DNA of 64,000 nt from Felis catus (GCF_018350175.1 NC_058368.1:123320001-123384000), one strand, 5' to 3'; shown: positions 26,476 to 39,218, counted from the first letter of the stretch. A program made the numbers and translations. The notes: generated from the letters alone by a model not told the origin.

Positions 26476-29400
26476 ATGCTCCTTCTTTTAAGAAATAATT
26501 GTAAGATGAATTATGAGTGGACATTATATGACTGGTGACTAAAAGTGATGTTTGAGAAAGGAGTTACAGAAAACCTGGACCTGAATGGCTAAAAATAACA
26601 AATCTGATGATCAACAAGGGACCAAACTGTGTAACTTGTTTTAAGTATGAAGATAAGGCTTTTTAAAAAGCAACTGTAATTATTTATAGCAATGGTGATA
26701 AAGAGGTTAATTTGGGGGGTGAGAAAGACATTAATTATATTTCAAATTTTATCCCTACAATTTGCAAACTTGTACACCAAAATTTTCCACATAATGAAAA
26801 ATTTCAGGATTTCAGGCATATAAATAAATGCCATTTATAACCAACTTAGTCCATAACTATTATAATTATGCTCTATTTTGCATTTTATTGTTTTCTGGTA
26901 ACCTCACGTGTATGCAACTAAAGTGAAGGTGGAAGACGTCATGTCTCTAATCTCAAATGCTCACATGGGTATAGTAACAGAGACAACATTAATGGAGCAT
27001 TTTAGCGGGTGTGTCAGACAGATGCATCATCTCAATAAATAATGATGAAATTAGATCTATTCGAATTTCGGTTTGCGTCAGTACTTTGTGTGCTGAGTGA
27101 AGAAACTGACATCCAAAACAGGGAAGTTACCCAAGATTCTATCTCAAGCATCTGCACCCTGCAGGACTCAGTGTTCTGAAACTAATGCCTCTGCGTGGGT
27201 AAAATGATCAATTAATAAGTCAACTGAGAAATAGAAAAAGGGCCTTCGGTGAAATAGTGATTACCTAGTGCTTGAACTTTGGCCTTTCTTGATATTGTGA
27301 AGTATTTAATGAGACTTGGTAAGCAACTGGCAAGTCTCCCCCTGACAGTTTCAGTAACATGAAACTGAATTTAAGGGGCATTATGTCTTCCATGTAATAT
27401 GAATTTTAAAAACCGGACAAAATATTCCATTTGTTTGCCTGATTCAGTTCAACCTATTGGCATCTATGTCTGAAAATCCTAGTGAGTGCTATCTATGTAG
27501 CAGTAACTTATACTGTGCTCAAACTTTACACATGTGGGGTTCAAAGAACAAAACTTGATATGTGCTACTTCCCCCTGAGGAACAATTGAAAGGAAACATA
27601 GTAGCTAAAGTATTTAGTGGAAGAAAGCTAGGAAGGAGCTCAGTTTCCTTCCCTTTAGCTGCATGATGAATGGCTTGAGTCTAAATCACGTAACTGGACA
27701 CAGGATGCTATAAGACAGCTCACAATCAGAAACCAGATCACTAAACTGCGGGTATAAACTTTGTCTTCCAAACCACAAGAAAATACTTAGCAAAATTTGA
27801 TTCCTTCAGTAGGGTATTATCATCATGATTTTAGAAATAAAGAGGAAAGAGAGATAGGAAAAGTGGCAGATGGAGAGAGAGACAGAGATTAACTCGCGTA
27901 AGATTACACAGCTAAAATGAGGAGTGACGGACACTTCATGTCATCTGACTCTAATGCTGTTGTTATTTCCACCCAAAAATGACGACCACTAAAAGAATAG
28001 CCTTGATGTGGAATCGCACTCGAAGACATGTGGGATGCCCCCCTCCCTTTCCCCAGCAGGTGGCTGTGCCGAGCATTTTTTGAGCCTACTCCAACACAGA
28101 ATTCTGCCCTGACTCCCAAATGTAAAGGAAAATAATAATGGAAGACAATTCTAAAGGTGGAGGAATCCGATCATCAAAGGATAAATTAAATGTTCCATTT
28201 AAGAAAATTAGAGGATTAAAAGCAATTGTTCAAAACACCCTTTGGCATGGTTTGGAGAACAGGGATATAGAGAAAACGGCTGCCTTACTCAGTGCAACAA
28301 ACAATACTTTCTACTAATTCATGAGACAGTCTCTGAGACCTCAGAGCAGAGGTTTCATGGGACTTCATCTTCTCACTGCCGTGTCCTCAGATACAGGCAG
28401 TCAATCATATTTGTTATTTATGTATGCTATTTTGAAGTGTGATAACACTGAAGCTAGGAGAAAAGCATGGGTAGGACAGATGATGGCACTAAGTATGTAC
28501 AAAACAGTTGTTTAGGCAAAATGCAAATGCAGCTATTATGGTCCCTTTGTTGATATTTGGGATTTCACTGCATTGAGTATCTGCATGTGAAAATAACTTG
28601 CATCAAATTCAGCCATTTTGATCAATAAATGGTAGAGCAAATGTAGCAAAATGTTCATTGAAGAATCTTGGTGTTGTGTATATGGGTGTTCACTGCACAG
28701 TTCTTTCAACTTACTGTATTTTTGAACAATTCATAGTGACATTTTGTTAAAAATGATCTGATCTTTATATATATATGTGTGTATATATAATATGGGGTAT
28801 ATTATATGGGAGATACACACACACACACACACACACGTATATATGTGCATAATTAGGCCTTGTGGTTCATTGAGCTTATTCTGACATTCATATGAATACT
28901 AGTCAGTACAGAGAACAATTATGGAGGGGGGAAGTTGCCTTTTTACTATAGAAAAATTTTAAATTTTTGATTTACTATAGAAAAAATTTAAATTTTTGAT
29001 GCCCCACAATTCCTGGCTTGATTAAAAGAAATCATTCATCATTTTCAGAACTGCCCTTCTAAAGAAGCTAAAATGAAAATCAAACACGATCCAGAACCAC
29101 TAAATCTGAAGATCTTAGAAGCAATTATAAGAAGCCCCTATTTCACTTCCCTTAGAATTCAAAAATGTTTATCCTGCACTTTCTTATATTGGAACTAGAT
29201 CTGCCATGTGGAACTACACAGAAAAAACAATATCATCCTCTCCCATGCTAATGCCCTTCACATGATGAATCCAGTGGCGACATCCATCCTAAATCTGTCT
29301 ACTCAAGTTTATATTCTCTACTACGATCAACCAACCTTCTGCTTTGTGTTTTCTAGACCCCACTTTATCAAGGTCATTTTCTTTTAGACAGGCCTCAATT

Positions 29401-30053
29401 CAAATTTATCTCATATAGGGCAGCCAACCTTGAACACAATATTCCACTGTTTCATGATATTGAGTCTATGGCTGACTAAAACTCCCAAGGTGATTGTCAT
29501 ATGAGCTTCCGTTTGGCATAACAGCTTGAGGCAAGAAAGTCAATAGCGTGATGTTATTCTCAAACATAAGATCTATTGTTTTTTGTTACCTCATAAAAAT
29601 GCATTACACCTCATCATTCCCCACTGGATGCATTCATCACTTATTAATGATGCATTTTTACTTGCTTTTAAAATATAATTTGAGGTAAGTACTTAGCACA
29701 TGATTTATTTATGGGAAAATGTCATGGGAATCCCTATTGTGGACATATAAACATGCAAGGTCAGTAACAGCACTGACGGAAGACAAGTTATCCCTCAACA
29801 ATAAAAAAAAAATTTAAACACTGAGCTTACCACTTTCCCAGCTGGATTTCGCCATGTTTATTTTTTTCTGTAAGACAGATATCTGATAGAAGCATATTAA
29901 ATTTGGGGTATTTATGGGAGTTGGGGTGTGGAGCTAATTTTTAAAATGGCAATCCACTCAAGAAGGAACACCTTCCAGTTTGTGAAAATTACTCTATAAT
30001 TTTTTTAAAACAAAGTGACAGTGTTTAGCAATTAGGGTGGAGGATTTTTCAAA

Positions 30054-30060
30054 TATATAA
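30054..30060 (+). promoter_or_regulatory. Candidate TATA box of MARCOL
   Basis: TATATAA about 100 bp upstream of the ATG at 30157. Confidence 0.5.
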
Positions 30061-30156
30061 CATGGTAGTGATCAGGACGGTTTATTCAGAAAGCATCTAC
30101 TGAAGAGTTACCCTTAACTCCATCCGACAACCAGGTCTGAAACAGCTGACTCTAAC

Positions 30157-30205
30157 ATGAAGGCTTTCATTTTCCTTCCCTTCATGTTCTTGGCCATGTT
30201 CTCAG
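30157..30205 (+). CDS. MARCOL: MARCOL exon 1 (signal peptide)
   Basis: aac[19 protein letters not shown], strong donor CAG|GTAAGA, phase 1. Confidence 0.9.
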
Positions 30206-33200
30206 GTAAGAAAAGTTAAATTCGATGACTTTCCTTCCAACTCTCAAAGTAAAGAATCAGAAATGTTGAGTGACTTAGTAATCCTTTGTCAGAAAATGTT
30301 AAAATGATAAATCTCCATCAGACAGAGAAAGGGAAGAGGCTAATTTCAGACAGCATAAATATAGACCAAAGGCATAAAAATAGTGACAAGGTAAGACAAC
30401 AGTGAATAGTTTGACACGACTGAAGAGAAGCAGAGGCAAAGGAATGGGAAAAGCAAGGCATTACCCTGGAAAGATAATTCAGTCTTAAAGGATTATGGGA
30501 GTTTGCGAATACTCACAAGTCCACATTCCATAAATATATAGTTTTGTGTGATGATCCAGGAAATTCTGTGGTCACAGAGAAATAGGTTCAAACTCTGACT
30601 TTTCAATTCTCTGTTTATGTTATTTTGGATAACTTAATTTTTTAGCCTCAGTTTTCTCCTTTATAAAATGGAAATAAGTAGACATTCCCACAGGCTGCCA
30701 TAAGAATCACGTATACTCTGGCATTAGCTACCATTACTTGAGTTCTTAGGTGCCTGTCACTCAGCAGACCTCTCTGCTGTATTGTCCTACCTCAATACAG
30801 TTAGGTGGTCTGTTTTCAGAGATGAAATTTCCAGCTAAGGACGTAAATTTCTCTAGATAATAAATGACACAGATATTCTATATTTTTATATATAGAATAA
30901 AATTCTATATTTTATATATATCAGAGAAAAATATATATTATGCATATACTTATTATGTTTATGTATGTTTGCAAGAAAAATATATAGATACATAAAATTC
31001 CTCCCTAGAACATATATGCTCCATAACGGCAGGTAACATATCTCTTTTGTACTTCAGTGCTTTACTAGATGATGTTTAGTACGCATTAAGCAGGCATTGG
31101 TTGATGGAAGAAAGTCCCTTAATGCCAGATGTAGTGGTTATATGGATTTGGAGGGTGACAAAAAGAGAGGATTCGGGAATGCCTATTACAATATAGAGCA
31201 ATGCCAAGAGTATATTTAGAATGTAACATCAGAGGACAAAAATTTAACTTAAAAAAATGGTTAGGGGCGCCTGAGCATCCAACTCTTGATTTCAGCTCAA
31301 GTCATGAGCTCACAATTCATAAGTTCGAGCCCCATGTCAGGCTCTGTGCTGACAGCGAATTTGCTCTCTCCCTGTCTCTCTGCCTCTCTCTCTCTCTCTC
31401 AGGATAAATAAATAAAGATTAAAAAAAAAACAGTTATACCATATTCTGATATTATAGTTATCTTGTTTACTTAAAAATTCCACCCCTGATTTTTATTTTA
31501 CAAATTGAGCCATGTGAGAAATGATATATTAATCAGATTTTTATTATATTATTGTTTGTACTAGGAAAAGAAGGAAATACAATCACTACTCATTGTTAGA
31601 AGACTGTTTAGGTAAATTATGGTAATTTAACAGGTGAAATATTCTGCAGCCATTAGGGAAAATAATAAAGGTGCTCTATATGTATTGATATAGAGCCTTT
31701 ATATGTATTGATATAACCTCACGGTTCTGTCAAGGGAGAAAATAAGGATTAGAACAGTGTACAATGTGCTACTAATTGTGTGAAAAAATATATCCCAATA
31801 TGTTTGTAAATACAGAAGACATCTCTTGAATAATACAGAAAAACCTGTTAAATGTAATTGTGTCCAAGGAGGGTTGGGACAGGAGAGGAAGGGAAAGTTA
31901 CTTTAAACTATTTACCCTTTTATGTCTTTGAAATTTGATGTAATTTGCTTGTAAGACCTATTTAAAAATAAAAAACAGGGGCGCCTGGGTGGCTCAGTCG
32001 GTTAAGTCACCGACTTCGGCTCAGGTCATGATCTCGCAGTCCGTGAGTTCAAGCCCCGCGTCGGGCTCTGTGCTGACAGCTCAGAGCCTGGAGCCTGTTT
32101 CAGATTCTGTGTCTCCCTCTCTCTGACCCTCCCCCGTTCATGCTCTGTCTCTCTCTGTCTCAAAAATAAATAAACGTTAAAAAAAAATTAAAAAAAAAAA
32201 TAAAAAAAAATAAAAAACATAATTAACAAAGAATATAGATCAGCTGATCTATTTTTTACCATTTCATCCACAACCTTATTTTAATTGATTTCTGCTCAAA
32301 GTTAGTGCCTGTTAAGGAATACTTTTGGGTCTTAAAATCATGCAAATGCTCATCTCTCTGCTGAAAATAATTATTTCCTTATCCATTTTTCTGACTATAG
32401 CCTGTACTTCTTATCTGTGTTACCTCATCCAGGATGGAGACATGATGCCCTACTACCTGCTATCTTGACTCTGGGTCTATTGTCTAATTTATTTTTCACA
32501 TGATAGCATTCATCAAGCTACCATAAATGCCCGTTTGCTTGTTTACACGCATTATTAGACTTTCCAGCTTCTTCAGGGTAGAATAACAATCCCTTATTCA
32601 TGGTTGTGTGTCTAGATCTTTCTATAGCTCTGGCATGGTAATGGACCCTTCAAATATACTTCTGGTAAGTTGAAAGGATGACTAGATTACACCCATGACC
32701 GTCCTACCACAAGCTACACCACAGTTAGTACACCAGGTTACTAAGTGCTAAATTCCTGAGCCTGGGCTAAGACCTTAACCACCAGTGATATAGTAGACAA
32801 TGGCATGCTCAACGGATAACAATTAATGATGCATTTGATTTTAGTTAAATTTACCTGAAGGTACAAGTGTGTACACTTGTGGAAATATAAAGAGGATCAA
32901 ATGCAAATACAACAGAGACTCTAGGCATAGATTTGGAACTACCTACCCTGAAATTATTTCAGGTTGTATAAAATGAAAAACTTAGGGAGAAAGCCTGTGA
33001 ATAAAAACAATGCAAGCTTGAATAAAGCTTTTTCAGAAACCCCAAATTGAGAAAGTAAAGGGGAAAAGAAAATCATTAAACAGAAAAGGCGAGGAAGTCA
33101 AAAAGAAACACTTGTACCAAACCAAGGACAAGAAACATAGGACCCAGTAGAATACCATTGCACTTAACAGCTATAAAACCATTCCATTTGCTCATGGATT

Positions 33201-36200
33201 GGTGTCTAAACCCTGCTTATTTGGGAGTAGAAATTTGAATAAACCATATCTATATATATCTATCTATATCTATATCTATATCTCACAAATCTCACCCAAT
33301 CTATTACTCCCCTGCTGGAAATATGTATGTATGTATGTACCTATATATATGTGTATATATGTACATATATATATAGTGATGTATATATATTTACATATAC
33401 ATATATATATAGTGATGAACTTCCAAAATAAATTCAAGAAACAGAATAGATGAGTTATGAAAAGTAGGTATTAAGAAATAGTCATATAATATCTACCATT
33501 TCCTTGAATAGTTTGAGCACAAAAGAAAGAAAGAAATAACCACTGGAGAGAGTATGACTGATTGGCTGATGCTAGGACCCCTATGGGAAATGGTGGACTG
33601 TTCCCTTTGGAACAGGGGCAAGGTGGGAAGAAAACAGCTACAGAAAGCATATATAGAGATGAGAAAAGAATATGGAATGAGGGTCACGACTGGCAGTTTT
33701 TATGTCTGGAAAACTGCTGATAGCACCTTCTGTAGGGTGAGGTCGGGAATATGGGAAAGGGTTTTGTGATGTAGGGAAAGTTTATAATAAGCATAACTCA
33801 GAGTCTATTTGATTAATCAGGAAATCATTACAAGGAATTTGGAGTAGTATGAAGCTCAGATAGTTCAGTTCAAGTAATTCAGATTCTGATTTAGAAATGG
33901 GACAAGCCAGTTTGACCCCACGATTTTTATTTATTTTTTTAATTTATTTTGATAGAGAAAGAGCATGAGTAGGGGAGGAGCAGAGAGAGGGAAAGAATTC
34001 CAAGCGGGCTCTGAGCTGTCAGCAAAGCCCGACACAGGCCTCGATATCATGACCTGAGCTGAAATCGAGAAAAGTCAGATGTTTAACCCACTGAGCTACC
34101 CAGGCACCCCAACGCCGTGATTTTTAGAAACCATGTAATACAATTAAGAAAAAAATAGAGGACCCAAAATATTAAAGTTGTAAGAAGTTATGGGAAGCTT
34201 CTGTCTTGAGGTTTGATTAAAAACAACTGAAAGAGGGGCACCTGGGTGGCGCAGTCGGTTAAACATCCAACTTCAGCTCAGGTCACGCTCTCGCGGTCCA
34301 TGAGTTCGAGCCCCGCGTCAGGCTCTGGGCTGATGGCTCAGAGCCTGGAGCCTGTTTCCGATTCTGTGTCTCCCTCTCTCTCTGCCCCTCCCCCGTTCAT
34401 GCTCTGTCTCTCTCTGTCCCAAAAATAAATAAATGTTGGAAAAAAAATTTTTTTTAAACAACTGAAAGAGGTGTTAAATACATACTACAACTTGGGATGA
34501 ATGCTGTTGATTTAAAACTCTTAAAGTTAAATGACTTTACTTTTATTTTTGTGCTTATGGTATCATTTCAGTGTCTTCAACCCAGGCTTTGAAAACAAGT
34601 GTTTTTAAACCAGAAGAGGGTTCAGAACCTGCATTTATTCGACAGAGAAAGCATGAAGCTAACCATCAAGGAGAACAAAAGGAATTTAATAAGCAAGGAG
34701 GCAACACCCAAGGAAAACAAGCAATATCTGGTCTCCAAGGACGACCAGGGTATTCTAACCAGCCAGGGAAACCAGGGGATTTTAATCAGCAAGGAAGGCC
34801 AGGAGTTTTCAATCAGCCTGGGAGACTGCAAGGGAATGCAGGAGACTCTAATCCAAAAGGGAATTCAGAAGCTTCTAATGAACAAGGAAAACCAGGATCT
34901 TCTAGCCAACAAGGGGGCTCAGGGTTATCTAGCCAGCAAGGAGTTTCAGGATCATCTAGCCAGCAAAGGAAGCCAGGGTCTTCCAGCCAGCAAGGGGGTC
35001 CAGGGTCATCTAGCCAGCAAGGAAAGCCAGGGTCATCTAACCACCAAGGAAGACCAGGATTGTCTAGCCAACAAGGGAAATCAAGGCCTTTTTACAATCA
35101 AGAAGAAAGGAAAAATGCAGGCAACCCTTTGAATACCAATATAATGGAGATTCAGGTTGGTGTTAATCTCTTTTTTTTTCCCCCTTGGTCAACTTACCTC
35201 ATTTTCCAAGACTCGAAATTGTTAACAGAATATACTCTACTAAAGACTCCATTTTCCATTTTCCAAGACTCGAAATTGTTAACAGAATATACTCTACTAA
35301 AGACCCACACTTTGTGATGACACTGATTCAACAAAATGCGAAGGAATCTGGGGGTGGTTATTTTCATACCTATGGTCATTAATGAGTGTCATGCTCTTCC
35401 ATTCCATTTCTCATTCCTTTCTTCTGTCTTCCACTCCAGCCTTTCTACCTATACTGGACTAGATAAGACCTTTGTGAACGGAGTCCCTACCCTTGCCAGA
35501 TTTAACATTCATGCCCATTTCCATCCCATCCATAATCTACAAGCCACTCAAGTGGTGTTTATTTCTAAATCACAAATCTGACCCGATCTATTACTCCCCT
35601 GCTCGAAATTCTTCAGTAGCACCATACTCTCTAGAAGATAAGACCCAAACTCCTGAGCATGGCCTTAAGGATTTTTTTTAATGATTGGATCCCATGTCCG
35701 TGTATGATTGGACATTTCATGGCACTCTTAGTCACACATCCATGTTTTACAGAATCCTCTGATTTTCCACAAATGTATTTCTAATACCAATGATAGCCTT
35801 TATCATAGAATATACCATATTGCTTTGTAATTGATCTTCATTATGTTCAATCAGCACATGAACTCCTTAAAGAAAATACCTTTTTTAAAAAATATCTGTA
35901 TCCCCCGATTCTAGTATAAGACAGGCATATAATAGGTTCTTTTGAACTGTTTCTCAGATAGGTGAATAAATGATGTACAGGAGACATCATTGTAATCAGG
36001 TGCACATCCGTGACTCCTAAACTCCCTTTGAGTCCTGCCGTGAAGCCTTGCCAGTCTCTCTCTCCCAACTGTCTTCCTCCTAATTCCATTTAACCCTGAC
36101 CCTGAACACTCAGTACACCCAAAACAGTTTTGTAGAACACTTCTTCAATCTCATTATCTTAATGGGAACTTCATTTTTTACATCATAAGTTGTCGTTACT

Positions 36201-39200
36201 CAGCACTCTTGCAAATGAAAATCGCCTGTCCCTCTTGGTTTTTACATCTAGGCTGGCATGAAGTAGTAATCTTCCAAGGACACCCCTGTCATTCAGACCT
36301 TACTGCCACCACCAGCGTGTTTCTGGGTGTTTACATTGTCACTTAAACTTTCTCAATTGGTATGAAAATGGTAGTGGAGTCTCAACCAATGGAAAAGACT
36401 GAACTACTTGTTCATCTTCCTTGGTCCTGAGAAGACTGAGCCACCTACTGAAGGTCCTCACAGTTTCACTTCGTGTCTCTGTTCTCATCTGCTGTCAAAA
36501 CTCCTTTCCGTTCACAGACTTCTGTCATTCTATAACTTGATTCCAAGGAAGTGCTTCAGGTAGGACTTAATTCCACTCTGCACAGTCCTACCTCCTGCCT
36601 CATTTGCTTTCATGGGTCAAAGCAAAAGAAAGTTTCAATAAACGATGATCACATGTGTTTTGTGTTTGCCACTATGACTTTTCCAGAATTGTTGTTTTCT
36701 TGGGCAGGAGAAGGCTTGTCTACAAAGCATTAAAGTGGAGGCAGTGTGACATTAATAAGAGCAAGGGCTCTGCAGTCACATCATTCAGGTTCTGAACCCC
36801 AACTTGGGTATTTAATCTATATCTGGTCTTGGACTTGTCACTTAAATGCACTGTATGCCTGCGATTATACAATGGAGCAAAATCTACCCTTCTTTCAGAA
36901 TTGTTGTGCAGTTTAAATTAAAAAGAAGGGATTAATAAAATGATAGGTGCAATGCTTCATCAGTAACTAGTGAGCAATGACTATTGTCTTATCACAATAT
37001 CAGAATTAAATTGAGTTCCCTATATTTACTGCATGGTCTTTCACATGACTGCAGACTGGCAGTACCAGCAGCAAGAACCCAAATGGAAATACAAAATGTC
37101 AGTCTATCTACAAACCAGTCTGTGGTTCTGATGGAAAAACCTATGGTAACCTCTGTGTATTTAATGAAGCCAAAAGGTAAGATGACTTTCTGTTTATTTG
37201 TATCAGGAACTATCACTCTGATCCACAGGGAATACAAGAACATTTTTCCATGTGTCTCTGTAGTTTTCTCTCAGTAGTGCCTTGGGTGTTTGTCCAAAGA
37301 AAACATAAAAGGTACTTAACCTTTGAACAATAAATTCAATCCTTTTCTGAAAGAATGTGATACATTCAGATTTTTAAGTAGAAATAAATTTATTATTGAA
37401 TCATTCATTTACCAGATATTTATTAAACATCCACTGTGTACCAGGAATTGCTCACATGGAGGTAAGTTGGTGAGCGAAACACACAGCATTGCCTCCTGCT
37501 TCCTGCTTCCATGGGGTTTTCGTTTTTGCAGTAGGTGACAGCAAACAAAATGCATCAGAGGATAAGAAGGGCTGTGAGTCCTATAGATTACTTAGTATTG
37601 ACCATTAAAATGTATTTTAAATTTAAGTAACAACTTGAAAGATTGGATTTGGTGAGCCATGCGAACATTGAAGAATTGAACTCCTGTCCATCCACAAGAA
37701 ATAAGATGATTATAAGGCTGCTTAAAATTAGAATGTGTGACTAAGAAAGAGACGTCTCCGCTTTCAAAATTAATGACTGCTCACCTCTTAAGGTAGTGAG
37801 GAGGTAAAAATTATACCTCTCTTGTTTTTGATAGTGCCAGTATTATATTAAGAGCTCAATAAACCATTACTGCAGAAATAAATGAATGTTAAAGGTACGT
37901 GTGCCCTGTAGCCATAAAAGTTAGAGCTGGAAACAACATCAGATACCCATTCTCTCACTTTATATATAAGGCACCTAGATCTGAGCCAAGAAAGTAGTGG
38001 CAGAAAGTCACAATTCTCAAAGCTGGTCAGTGTGAAACAGGCAAGCCCAAGACTACAGCAGCTTTTACCCATGTGATTTTTTTTTCTCTTTTTTAAAAAT
38101 TATAATTTATTGTCAAATCGGCTAACATACAGTGTGTAAAGTGTGCACTTGGTTTTGGGGGTAGATTCCCGTGGTTCATTGCTTACATACAACACCCAGT
38201 GCTCATCCCAACAAGTGCCCTCCTCAATGCCCATCACCCATATTCCCCTCTGCCCCACCACCCCTCATCAACCCTCAGGTTGTTCTCTGTATTTAAGAGT
38301 CTCTTATGGTTTGCCTCCCTTCCTCTCTGTTTGTAACTATTTTTTCCCCTTCCCTTCTCCCATGGTCTTCTGTTAAGTTTCTCAAGATCCATATATGAGT
38401 GAAACCATATAATACCTGTCTTTCTCTAACTTACTTCACTTAGCATAATACCTTCCACTTCCACCCACGTTGCTGCAAATGGCAGGAATTCATTCTTTCT
38501 CATTGCCCAGTAGTATTCCATTGTATATATAAACCACATTTATATCCATCTTCTTTATCCATTCATCAGTTGATGGATATTTAGGCCCTTTCCATAATTT
38601 CGCTATTGTTGAAAGCACTGCTATAAACATTGGGGTACATGTGCCCCTATGGATCAGCAATCCTGTATCCTTTGGGTAAATTCCTAGTAGTGCTATTCCT
38701 GGATTGTAGTTTTATTTTTATTTTTTTGAGGAAGCTCCACACTGTTAGTATGCAAAACCTATAAAGAACTTAACCAAACTCAATATCTGAAAAACAAATA
38801 ATCCAGTGAAGAAATGGGCAGAAGACTTCAATAGATACTTTTCCGAAGAAGACATCCAGATGGCTAATAGACACATGAAAAGATGCTCAACATCACTCAT
38901 CGTCAGAGAAATACAAATCAAAACCACACTGAGATACTACCTCACACCAGTCAGAGTGGTTAAAATTAACAACTCAGGAAACAACAGATGCTGGTGAGGA
39001 TATGGAGAAAAGCAAACTCTCTTGCACTGTTGGTGGGAGTGCAAACCAGTGCAGTCATCCTGGAAACTAGTGTGGAGGTTCCTCCCATGTTATTTTTAAA
39101 TAATCCCATTTTCTTTCTATGTTGGTGCCACAATTTCTTGATCCTTGATGTCTTCCATTACCTTGTTTTTAGGATAAATAATGGAAAACTAAATCTGTAC

Positions 39201-39218
39201 CATGAAGGGAAATGCTAA
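30157..39218 (+). CDS. MARCOL: MARCO-like secreted protein with C-terminal Kazal domain (266 aa, 4 coding exons)
   Basis: Exons 30157-30205, 34572-35155, 37055-37176 and 39173-39218 total 801 nt, open throughout, GT-AG, phases 1/0/2. The N-terminus [29 protein letters not shown] and the GKPGSSSQQ repeats match my recollection of human MARCOL; the C-terminus is a 4-Cys Kazal domain. Confidence 0.8.
31264..31430 (+). mobile_element. SINEC, internally deleted
   Basis: ggggcgcctg head, gttcgagcccc B box, CT tract and A tail. Confidence 0.8.
31978..32215 (+). mobile_element. SINEC_Fc-type SINE
   Basis: Canonical young copy with a long A tail. Confidence 0.95.
33925..34110 (-). mobile_element. 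SINEC
   Basis: Reverse SINE ending cccaggcacccc. Confidence 0.85.
34235..34455 (+). mobile_element. SINEC_Fc-type SINE
   Basis: TSD aaacaactgaaagagg. Confidence 0.95.
34572..35155 (+). CDS. MARCOL: MARCOL exon 2 (G/S/Q/K-rich repeat exon)
   Basis: Acceptor atttcag at 34571, in frame with exon 1; 584 nt open; candidate donor CAG|GTTGGT, phase 0. Confidence 0.88.
34739..35101 (+). repeat. 27-bp coding tandem repeat (nonapeptide GKPGSSSQQ)
   Basis: Eight units at 34886-35101 plus more divergent units upstream. Confidence 0.9.
35200..35304 (+). repeat. Tandem duplication, two identical 48-bp copies with 57-bp period
   Basis: 35200-35247 is identical to 35257-35304. Confidence 0.95.
37055..37176 (+). 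CDS. Kazal core exon (predicted MARCOL exon 3)
   Basis: ctgcag|ACT...AAAAG|gtaaga; [40 protein letters not shown]; no stops. Confidence 0.88.
38082..39083 (-). mobile_element. 5'-inverted (twin-primed) truncated L1
   Basis: Minus-strand 3' end at 38082-38746 joined to a plus-strand ORF2 piece at 38747-39083; TSD CCCATGT(G/T)ATTTTT at 38068-38081 and 39084-39097. Confidence 0.85.
39173..39218 (+). CDS. Kazal terminal exon (predicted MARCOL exon 4)
   Basis: ccttgtttttag|G ATA AAT...; (R)[18 protein letters not shown]. Confidence 0.88.

Noticed and set aside
28942..29000. Short AT-rich direct duplication of about 29 bp
   Set aside because: Ordinary slippage duplication; only two copies and no spacer structure.
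34571..35101. Interpretation as a true collagen or MARCO scavenger-receptor gene
   Set aside because: Gly-X-Y is interrupted every third triplet, and no SRCR or transmembrane exons are visible.
36518..36559. Candidate 42-nt cassette exon (ttcacag ... cag|gtagga) inside MARCOL intron 2
   Set aside because: In the required phase 0 it reads ACT TCT GTC ATT CTA TAA (stop); no coding support.
36984..37277. 97-aa ORF overlapping the Kazal exon
   Set aside because: Wrong frame; the Kazal reading is in a different frame bounded by splice sites.
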